This document shows positions 13,019 to 24,044 of a DNA stretch of 64,000 nt, piece after piece. Under the pieces are notes generated by a model. That model had not been told where the DNA came from and made no database searches. It saw nothing but the letters and a program-made list of their open reading frames with translations. The stretch lies in assembly GCA_051362555.1 (NCBI GenBank), contig CM120643.1:22386848-22450847 (forward strand), in the 5' to 3' direction. Position 1 is the stretch's first letter; the number at the start of each line of letters is the position of its first letter. Position numbers and translations under genes: made by a program. The DNA comes from Lingula anatina. Its lineage: Eukaryota > Animalia > Brachiopoda.

Positions 13019-14996
13019 ATGTTTGTCGCGCGAAGCATTCCGGCCGACCACAAAGATCTCATCCACGATGTGGCTTTTGATTTTCACGGCCGGCGAATGG
13101 CAACATGTTCAAGTGATCAAAACGTGAAGGTTTGTACAGAGAGGGCATGGATTCAGTTCTGATGGTGGTTGAGGGAGTGGGGGTGGTGGTGGTGGTGGGG
13201 GGCATATTTTATTTTCTGGGGATCATAAAATAAATGCATTTTCTACCATGCAAAAACACAAGTATAGGCCTAGTCATGGAAAGATATTATTTCGGTGGAC
13301 CCATAAAGTAAAAATTAATAGAAAGTTAACAAAAATTAAAAGTATTTTAACTAAAAGTTCATCACCCAGCCACCTTGTATTCATTTACAGTCTAAATATT
13401 TCCTTGTGTTTTGTTTCAGGTTTGGGATTTAGGAGAAGATGGACACTGGACGTGCACTGCTAACTGGAAGGTGAATTATATTCAGATAACTTGTCCACAG
13501 TTATCGCACTTTTACACATGATCATCAGTATGCTATTTCAGTGCTGCGTGGGCTAAGCTGTACCAAACTTGGGTGTCAATCACCCCATTTTCATAGATTA
13601 GATCGACCTACTTTAGATGGACCTAACTCCCTGGGGGTTCACGCTAAATAGCTGTCAGCTGGGCGGACACGAAAGTTAATTATCCCCTTACAGCTTGTAG
13701 TAGGCGGGACGGACATTTAAGTCGGATTATCTGAAAGTAATCTAGTGAGACTCCCCGCGGGGATAGATCGATCTAAAATCTATGGGAATAGAGCCAATGA
13801 ATCAGTATATAAACCATCCCAAACAACATAGAATACCACACAGGTCTACTGTAATGAAAAAAAAAAAATTAAGAAGTATTTTAACAAATTTAAGAAAATC
13901 CCCCTATACCAATATATGCCATACTGTTTTTATTCAGTATTACATTGAACATGATTAAATGCAGCTAATGCATAATAGACCTTTTTAGAGAAATAACATT
14001 TATTAAAATTTCAGCAATGAATTGTCTATTAAACACCAAAGTATAACCTTTTCAAATCATTGAAAAAATATTATCCTAAATCACATTTTTGCACTGACTA
14101 TGTTTTGTTGTAAAGTACATATTTGTTATCAAGATGCAACATTTATTTATTAATACAAAAATTATGCATTCAGCTTGATTTTCAGAAATTTCAGGTTTTG
14201 TTTTTTTTTATGTTATTAACAAAATGTAGCTTCAAAGGGTATAAATACATTTCGTTTTAGAAAATTCTATGAGTGTTTACTGCTGTATGTAATTAATTAT
14301 CATAGAAATGCTTAAAAGGCGTTACGTTTATCAATTGTGTCAGTTACATCAAACTTAAATGATTGTATTTTTTTATTTATTATTATTTTATTTAATTAAT
14401 TAATTTATTTTTTCACTTATACAAATAAGCAACAAATCATTGAAATACAAAGTGACAGCGGTATTAGCTGTTAACAATTTGACTTTGTAGACCCACAGTG
14501 GCTCTGTCTGGAAGGTCACCTGGGCCCATCCTGAGTTTGGTCAAGTGATAGCAACCTGCTCATTTGATAGGACAGCAGCAGTGTGGGAGGAGCTAGGTAT
14601 GTGATGTCATATGTTACATGGGGTATTTGAATGACAGCAATAAAGGAGGAGTATATCATGTGTCACAGTGAATGGACAGCAGTGTGGGAGGAGCTAGGTA
14701 TGTGATGTCATATGTTACATGGGGTATTTGAATGACAGCAATAAAGGAGTATATTATGTGTCACAGTGAATGGACAGCAGTGTGGGTGGAGCTTGGTATG
14801 TTAATCATCCATTGTAAAATAGTATTGGGATAGTTTTGAGTGTAAAATATGGACTTTGAGCCTCATTTTTTTTCCATATCAATGTTTAAATAATCATTAC
14901 TTGTATGAAAAATAAAAACAAAAATTGTAAAAGAGAGCCCGTTAGCCACTTCTACCTTTTACTAGTACTACTATTTTAGGCTTCTGCTTCCAGCTG

Positions 14997-15053
<57 letters not shown>

Positions 15054-18000
15054 GATTTTAAATGATTAGCAGATTCCTTACATAGAGGATAGATCATCTA
15101 ATATTGTAAATAATTGGATTGGCTTCCAAAGTCCAGCTATAAAAATTAAAAAAATTAGACAGTGCCAGAGCTCATCATGTAGTATCACAGCTGATATGCA
15201 ATATGTTAAAATTTCTATTCCTGGATTTAACCCTTTGCTCATTATATTGTAGTTGGAGAATCTACAGAACATGGGCAGAAGAACTGGGTCAAGAGGACCA
15301 GTCTGGTGGACAGCAGAACCTCCGTCACAGATGTCCAGTTTGCTCCCAAACACTTGGGGCTACAGTTGGTAAGTGGACCCAGCAGCCACTTGTGAACTGG
15401 CATAATTTACTTTTTGTGTAGGCTGAGGTTTTCTCCTCTATATAGAATGCTATGTTTTTTATTCTTTCTGAATTCCTCAATTAGTGAAAGAGAGAAAGTA
15501 GATATTTATCCAAGGATTTTTTTTCACATAAAGGATGATAATGAAGGCAGGGCCTAAAATTTCTGATTTACTTCCAGTAATTTCAGAAATAATGCATTTG
15601 CATTTAATTGGTATGAAACTAAAAAGAGTGGAGACAGACACTATCTTGCATAATTGGCAGTGGGTTGCCATATTGTTGCAGAAGATTTAAAGGATGTCTT
15701 TCCGCTGTAGACGCTTAAATAGGCCTTTCTCTGAAACTTTACCTATTTGATCCTGAACCCCAAAGCATGTCTCACACGAAACCGTTGAGAAAATAAAGGT
15801 CGAGGTATAGGTTTTTAAGATCACTTAAAGAAAAAAAAGCGCAGCATTTTTTTTTTCGTCTAAACTTCTCGCCATTACTCCCCTACGCATGGAATTCTGG
15901 GACTTGCCTCAATTTGCATATGACTGAATACTACTGTTTACTACGCTCTGGAGAAGACCCGGATGTCACTGCAAACCAAGATGGAGGGTAGTCCGAGTAC
16001 ACGTGAGTTGAAAGAGAGAAGAATAACTCTACGGGACAATGAAAAAGGAAATAAAACGGGAAATGCAGAAGCAGAGGATGTTATTTTCATTGGCAGGCCG
16101 GTGAGGTAGACGAAGCAGAAGTAGGAAATAAAACTGACAAGCGAGAAACTGACAAAATTCTGCCGGATACGGGTAGGTTATTTCGATCTCTTATCACGTC
16201 CGACTCTTTCATTGAGAACATATTCAGGAGGCGGATTTAGGGCGTCTTCTGGTTCTTCCGGAAGACGGTTAGATTTTCAAGTTTTCATTGGCGGGTATAT
16301 GTAATATTTCTGTCGAAAGGCGGTCAAAAATGGAGGATGGATCAACATTACTCGGAAGACTGTCAGAATAGACCTATATCTCTGGATCCGCCCCTGTTAT
16401 CCCTGCTGTACGCAGAAAAGTTTATTATTCTTTAGAGGAGTCAGTACAAACAAGGATTGAGCTAAATAGTCTTCTATTAAAGACTGGTTTTTGTCGGCTT
16501 ACTTAAAGTCGTTATATACTCAAGTCCAAAAAAAAAAAAAAAAAGAGAAAAAAAACAACCTTTCACTATTTACCTTATTCGAATTTAATTTAAATTAAAA
16601 GATTTAAAGCGAGCACATTAATTGCAGCATCTGATGGTAGTAAATGTTTATTCTCTGTTTATGTTTTTAAAGTTGACTTCATGGGGAATCTCTGGAGAAT
16701 GAGGATAATACACTGGTATATATATTTTTTATCCAGGTAATATGCATGTGGTAACATCTACCCCTACATCAGGTTCAAGGCCAACATAGAGCCAGAGCCA
16801 AAGTAAGTACCTGACACCCAGAATCCAAACACACAATAGCAGTTTATTTTACCATGTTCAGTACACCTTGCCATCAATATCAATCTAATGCATGTTAGTA
16901 CTTGGAACAATGCCATTTTATTATAAAGTATAACACTGCCGTGGCAGCTAGTCCTAGAATTGTGACAAGCACAGGATATCAGTACTTATTGTGGGGAACA
17001 TTATATAATAAATTGGATTTTGAAACAAATAATTTTGATAACCATGCTCTATTCAGTGCTCTTATGTCTGGCGTAGACATTACAGATAGTGGGTGCTATT
17101 AATTTCACAAAAAAATGCATTGAAGTCTTTCCAATAGTCAATGTTTTGTTTTTAGGTATACTAAGCAACAAAGCAAGCACTCAAAATCATGGATGACAGT
17201 AAGACCTCAAGCTGTTACATAAACAATTAGCACAAATAAAGGTACATTCCAGTCTTACAAACCAGGAATTTGACGTGGGAATTACAAGTACACATTTCTA
17301 AGCAGCCATGGTGCAGATGGAACCAAGAGACTCAAGGCACCGTGGTCCTTATATGTATATAAGAATTTTTTTATCAAAATGATGATTACCTCACATAAAC
17401 TTTTCTTTTATATATCCATCCAGACATACATTACTTCCTTGTATGACATTAACTTTTAAAATGATTGATTTTATGAACAGATTGTGTACAGAGTTGCATT
17501 TTACTTTTGATATGAGAAAGGGATAAATGAAAGCACCTTGTTTTTCTATGCCTTTATTTTTTATGTTCACTGAATGGTTGCACAAATTACAGTAGAATGA
17601 AAAGAATCCTTCTACTCAGTGACTTGCATATTACAGGTCTTATGAATGTTTGGTCAGTAAACTGATACTCATGGTAATAGTTATTCTGTGATTTTCTTCA
17701 ACGTGAAGTAATCCAGCAAATTCAACGGCAGTCAAAATGTAGGGGACATTACAGTGAGTGGGAGATGGGCCAGTCCCATCTCCACTGATGCTGAGTCATT
17801 GCTTGGTAAATTCTCTAGCAAAAGCATCTTTATATCCAGTGCAAGGCCAGGATTTCCATCACACTTGTCACAATGTATTCAGCACTTTCCTTGGCAACAC
17901 CATCATTTTCTTGGCAACACCATCATGTATGCTCTGATAATGAAAAAAAAATATATATTCACTTTTATATCTGTCATTTCTGTTTTGATATGTACAATAG

Positions 18001-21000
18001 CTTACTTCAAAAATAAAATATTTGAAAATGTATGAACACTAAAACAACCATAAGGACTGGATTTCACACCACCAAATTTTATCGAATAAATTTACTTTGA
18101 AAATAAGAAGGAATATGAATGGTGTTTGTGTATTGTGAGAAACTTAGAATTTATCTTTTCAATAAAGATTTAATGAGTTTTATACCTCTTCTGTGAGTTA
18201 CTGAATTCTCCTTTCATGTTCTTGAGTCAATCCTCCTGATCTCACACCTCTTCCAAGCCTTGTACTACTGGACCTAGAAGTGCTATGTATCACTGCCAAC
18301 TCTACTAAACCTTTATACAGGGCTTTTTTTCTAATGAGGCTGACATCACAAGATAGTATGCTGTAAAATAATAATAAAACTAATAATAATAATAATTGGC
18401 ACTGATTTAATTGCATGCTAGTAATAATGTTGTGAACTGTTCAAAATGGGTTTCACTTCAATTAATCATTGTCCTGCACTCAAGCGTATCAATTGTTAGC
18501 CCTAAACTATAAGTTTTTTGTATGTGTGGATTATTACATGTGAATATAGGTGAGGGTAAGGTGGTTACTACACATTACTATCAAAACTAAGGAATATGCC
18601 AGATTAACTAAAAGGCCTGTATTATTTAAAAATAACAGAAAACTCTACCTCAGGGAGCTCTTTACCCTCTAGTTCTGGACTGCTCCGACTGCTTGCCTCA
18701 TCAACAATAGGCCTACTCTCGATCTGAAAAGTATAAAAACAGATCGACTAGAAAAGCAAGATAAGATACGTGTGTGCGTAGCACAAAATTCAGGCACTCC
18801 TATTGACGATTTTGACATCTGCACGATGCTCACCACTACTGCCAGTAAGTATCAAAATCGTCTGGAACGCATTTGTAGTCCGTGCTACGCTGTGCGTGCA
18901 AATAGCGATGTCAAAATTGCGGCTCAGAAAGCATAGCAAACAACAAAAAAGTAACAGTCGTTCATAAATATCCAACCGAAAAGGGCTGGTTCAGTTGACC
19001 CGAAAAATATCACTGTCTCTAATCATGTCACCGGTATATTTCCTGATACAAGTCACTCATTCGGTGAATCGGCATTGAGAATTACGGCATCAAGCACTGT
19101 TGACATAATAGGCTACACTCCGTCGTAAATATTTCCAAGCCATTCGTTGATTTTTGGACTATTTTAACCGACGAGAAGTTAAATGAATTCTTTAAATGTT
19201 TAAGTGCACAAACCTGTTCACGAACAATAAAGGGGGAGAGTTTTAACTAACGTGCATCTGTAAACGACTTACTTCGAACTCCACCGCGCCATATTTGTTT
19301 CTCCTAGTGTACGAGAGCTATTTTAGGCAACGCACTCTGATTGGCTAAAACCTTGCGGTTGTCGTCTTCTCTTTTTTGGGGAGAGGACGTTCTCCAATAC
19401 AGACTCGAATGTGAAATAATTAATTATTTTGATTGCCGTCTACCTCAAAGGCGAATTTTGGTTTAGATCGTGACCTTCATATATAAGAAAAAGTTTGGGA
19501 TATGTTTTATTTTCCCTCATATCGGAAAGACCCCCTTTAAGTTTTTATTTATATTTTATTATTTTCATTTCCACTTGTTTTTATGGAAAGTCACTTGCTC
19601 AGTTTATGTTATGATTGTTAGAATGAGTTATTTTTAGTATGACTTATTTTATTATATACCTGAAGGCCACATGTTCAGCTGATGGTATTGTTCGGATTTA
19701 TGAAGCACCTGATGTGATGAACCTCAGTCAGTGGTCGTTACAACACGAGATATCCTGTAAACTCAGCTGTAGCTGTATATCATGGAACCCTTCCAGGTAA
19801 ATGTAGGGGCGTGCTGAAAGCATTGTAATTTTTTTTCCAAGTCCCAAAACTGATTAACTTTGGCAAAAGAAGATTTGAAATTATGATAATGATATGCTGA
19901 TTTCAGGGGTTTGGTGAAACTTTTGTTATTTGGCTGAAATGAAAAAAAGAAAAGAAAATTGGTGATCCAAGCATTATATTTGTTTCATATTTTGAACAAG
20001 TTAACATGTTTGATTAAGAGCTAAATATAATCAGAAATCAGAAAAAAACTTTTTCTGTGGAAAAGTGGAATTCTGCATTTTTTAATTCAATCCTGATAGT
20101 TCCTGAGATTGACCAAGGTTAGGTCCCACGATAAATGTTCAAAGATTTTTTTTTTAAACCTAGGTTCATGTCTGTATAATGTTTTCCAATGAATTGTATG
20201 CCTTCCATTCTCTGTACATTGATGATGTTTTTTAGGGTTCACCAGCCAATGATTGCTGTAGGAAGCGATGATGCCAATCCATCAGGGGGCGGAAAAGTAC
20301 AAATATACGAGTACAATGATAATTCAAGGTAAACACAAACACAGATATGCATGCGGGAACATACGTACACACACCTTATTAGTACATAAAGGTATCAGTG
20401 AAAAAATGACTTATTATCATTGTGATTAAAAAAGCCTTTGAATTAATTCAGTTTTACTTGTTTTTGCCTCAACAGCATGTTTCAGTTAAAAGTGTTGGAG
20501 AAGTTACAGGTGCAGTTGCACATACTTTTATTTGTTAATATAAATAAATGGGTGAAAAAAGTTGCGTACAGAAAAAGATGTTTTGGATTGGAGAGGAAAA
20601 ATACTGTGCCCAGGGATTTAGACACTGGGAGAAATTCAAAAGTAATATTTCTTATTATTTACAGGAAGTGGAGTAAAGTTGAGACAATCACTGTGGTAAC
20701 TGAGTCAGTGAAGGACATCCAGTTTGCACCCAATTTAGGCAGATCTTACCACTTATTAGGGATAGCCTCCAAAGATGTCAGGATTATTTCCCTCAAGCCA
20801 CTCAGGTAGTAAATTTCTTTTGCTTTAATGATTGGATTTTACTCTCGCAATATTTAAAAAGTCCAGTCATCAATCCAGTAATTTTACTGTCTGTATGATT
20901 TAAAGCGTATTTTCTTTAAGCTTTGATATTTTATTTCCATTCACATTATTTTAGGAGAAATCAATCTTCAACCCAAATTTCAAGTCACAGTAAATTTGAG

Positions 21001-22186
21001 TTTCAGATGTTTGAAAATTTCATTTTTTATTTCATTTTTTGTCACAATATTTCAGGAGAGACCAGTCTTCAACCCAAACTTCAGGTCACAGTAAATTTGA
21101 CTTGCGTCAGGTGGCACAGTTTGATGAACACAATGCACAGGTGAGGGCAATATGAGTGCAAAGTGTCCATTTGTGAAATCTTTAATGAGAACTATAGCTC
21201 TTTTTTGCAATTTGATAATGCAAAATTTGAAAATGGTAAAATTGCTCTTATTTTAGGTATGAGCATCTTGGCCCAGTGTCAAAGTACTAGTCTAGGTTAT
21301 TTTTAAATATCTATGAAAACAGAGAATCTGTGTAAATTAATGATTAGAATGTTGATTTAAGTCCTATATTTCTTCAATACACTGCTTGTGTTCATGTCTG
21401 TTTTCCACATCCTCTCCAGCCAAGAACTTAATATTATTTAATATTTAGAGAGTCTTCTGGATTTATCCAGATGTCTAGATATTTTAGTGTTGTACTTAAA
21501 TCCCTGGACCCTCCATATAGAGCAGTGAGCTTTCAGCGCTTGCATCTTTGACTATAGAAAGTTATATTTATATATTAGTCATATTATATTAAAGTATTTA
21601 AACATTTGTTTGCAAGGTATGGCGACTTAGCTGGAATGTGACAGGCACAGTGCTGGCATCTAGTGGTGATGATGGTTGTGTAAGATTATGGAAGGGTAAG
21701 GTTTGACTCGTGACCCAAAGCACAGTTTAATTGTCTTAAGGGTACCTGTCCATTACCTCAATTTGAACTTAAGTGATACAGTAGTTCATGTTCAGCAAGC
21801 ATTGGGATTTTGGAAAGTTTTTTTTCATTAATTGGTATTGATGCAGTTTAGTTGATAAAAGAAGGAAAAAGATCCTCAGTTGATAAATATATAGAATGTT
21901 CTGTTTTTGATATTTTAAAATCATTTTTCATCTGAAATGCACTCTCCAGTTCATTTGTGCATCATTTTGAAAAATTTCAACATTTTATCATTATGTTTCA
22001 GCAAACTATTTGGACAACTGGAAGTGTATATCAGTCCTGAAGGGTGATGGTTCTAACGTGAAACTGCAGGAATCAAGTCAAGTGCAACAGCAACAGCAGA
22101 CATTAAGTGGCGGTGCTATGAACGGAACATCAAGGTACTATAAATTAGGTCCTATAGACCATCCCAGCCAGGTGGTTTGGCACTGA
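13019..22186 (+). CDS. SEH1L: Nucleoporin SEH1 (WD40; Nup107-160 and GATOR2 subunit), 10 coding exons
   Basis: Exons 13019-13129, 13420-13470, 14491-14596, 15253-15368, 19666-19796, 20236-20328, 20665-20805, 21056-21140, 21617-21695, 22002-22186. Translation [40 protein letters not shown]...[18 protein letters not shown]...[29 protein letters not shown]...[35 protein letters not shown]. Confidence 0.97.
13582..13795 (-). mobile_element. PIF/Harbinger-like MITE (same family as 56342-56566)
   Basis: Reverse complement aligns with 56342-56566 (cccatagattttagatcgatctatccc..ggggagtctcactagatta...cagggagttaggtccatctaaa). Imperfect TIRs. Confidence 0.75.
14570..14800 (+). repeat. ~100-bp tandem repeat (2.3 copies) that duplicates the SEH1L exon 3 donor
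   Basis: ggacagcag..tgtgggaggagctagGTATGT recurs with GT at 14597, 14698 and 14796. Confidence 0.9.
15011..15051. repeat. (AT)n microsatellite after poly-A
   Basis: Direct reading of the sequence. Confidence 0.95.
16226..16396 (+). mobile_element. MITE with CAGG(G)GCGGAT...ATCCGCCCCTG termini, nested in the Kolobok-like element
   Basis: TIR caggaggcggatttag / ctggatccgcccctg. A second copy lies at 3085. Confidence 0.7.
18779..18887. mobile_element. Small TAGCAC...GTGCTA MITE (family also at ~48410-48511 and 54525-54657)
   Basis: tagcac.aaattca..gcactcctattgacgatt motif shared with 54532 and, inverted, with 48471-48511. Confidence 0.55.
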
Positions 22187-23843
22187 AATCTCTTATATAG
22201 GTGGCAGCACTGTACTGAGAGAAAAGATGACATTCTGGTGTTTGAAATAGATGGGGACTAAGTAACTAAATGTGGGTGCTTGTTAGCATATGAAAATTTC
22301 ATCAGTGCCTAGGAATTACCTTTTTTATTGATTTATTTTTTTCTTAAAACTGGTTCTTTTTGACTGAAGGAAAAATTTGTCATCATTAACTGAAAAGAAT
22401 TTTTTTTTCCTTTTTGGTTGCAAAAGTATTAATTTGACCTCTATTTTGTCTAGTTTGTTCCACATCTTCAGTATAGTTTTTTTCTTATCATTCCTAGTTG
22501 ATCAGCTGAGTGAAATATTAAGCTAACAGGAGCTTGGTGACTATTAATATCTTGCAGACTTTGCATCAAACTTTTCTCTCTTTCCTTTATACTGTATGTC
22601 TGGGATTTGGTTTATATGGTTTAGTCTTTTTTTACCCTCTGGAATCTTGCAATTGTACAGGGTATTTTTTTTTCTCCCTTCAATGTCTAAAATGGTTTGT
22701 AAGACCATTTGTGCAAAATGATATTCTGTGTCAGATATAAACTGTTATTTATGTTAATAAGAAGGCAGTAAACTTGCACACATAAATTTGTTCCTCATTT
22801 TTTAGGGTTATAAGCAAAGTAGAGTAAATTATGTAAGTTGCAAAGGCCCTGCAACTTTCTCCTACCAAAACATCAAGAATTTGTTTTCAAATACCAGGGT
22901 ATCCAGATGCTTTTCTTTCAAATATGTCAAAATTTGTTCATATGATTAAAGCCCAGATGACTAATTATGGTAAATAAAGGTTCTGTGTAATGTGAGAAGT
23001 TTGGCAATTGTTCTTGTGGAAATAGAATGAAAAGAAAATGCTGCATATGCATGGTATGAAAAATGATTTGTTGATAAGAAGGCAAACCGTCTAGATTGAT
23101 GAGTGTTGTTTACAGAACAATGGAATTGGTCAGAATGTTGATTTTTTATCTATGGAAATACAACACACTTTGTTTGTGCATGCAAAATGTATATGGAATA
23201 GGTGTATCATTTTTTTGGCTGGGTGGGCAGGGTGGGAGAGACTTCTCAAACTACACAAACCTCTGTAGAGAAAAAGGAGGCTGCAAATAAATATATCCAT
23301 CCTCCCAAAAACCCTCTTCAACCCACAATTTTTTTTCACATACTGTTTTACTGAAGGCTTGAGCTCATATTTTATTTAGATACCATAGCTCATTTTAGCT
23401 TGTTGTTCGATTGTTTTGTTTGTAAAAGGTCTGTTTATTTTCCATTAAAAACAGTATTACAAGTAAGAATCATATACCTATATAGTGATGATATGTACAA
23501 TAATAATAATAATAATACATATGTAAATTCACCCAGTTGCATTATGTATTACCATCTGTTTTCTTTGAGTGATATTCTTGTTTCTTCTCAGCTGTTTGTA
23601 CCAAAATAAAGTGTATCCCATTGGTGAGCTGGTGTATGTGGTTTTTATTTTCTTTGTAGTTTCTCACTGATATTTCCTAAGTATTGGTTTCTAACCCTTA
23701 TCTTGTTAATTCTTTATGCCTACCGTATTGTTGTATTTTAAAATCTCAGATGTAGTAGAGCTTAGGGTTTATATTTCATTCTGCATTCCATAACTTTTTA
23801 AAAGTTTGGCAAGTCCAAAATGTTGTGTAAAACTTGAGAACTG

Positions 23844-24044
23844 GCCCCGGTTTCACAATAAAAAACTGAAGTCAGTTCCAGTGGCTATCATCTTTGTTAA
23901 TAACGTTACATGGCCACATGCACACATCTTACCAGATAATGTCTTCCTGAGAAGGCACCCAGAAACAGTGTTACAAAGCTCTCATGGACACATGCACACA
24001 TCCATAGCCAGGGAACTGACTCAAGTCTTTCGTGAAACTGGGGC
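23844..24044. mobile_element. PIF/Harbinger-like MITE
   Basis: TIR gccccggtttcac / gtgaaactggggc (12/13) with a 3-bp CTG duplication on both sides. Confidence 0.75.

Larger units (their letters stand above)
15691..19536. mobile_element. Decayed Kolobok-like DNA transposon in SEH1L intron 4
   Basis: TTAA at 15687-15690 and 19537-19540 flank imperfect TIRs AGGATGTCTTTCCG / CGGAAAGACCCCCT (12/14 match). CpG-rich ends carry inward-facing ATGs at ~15979 (+) and ~19292 (-). No intact ORF. Confidence 0.7.
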
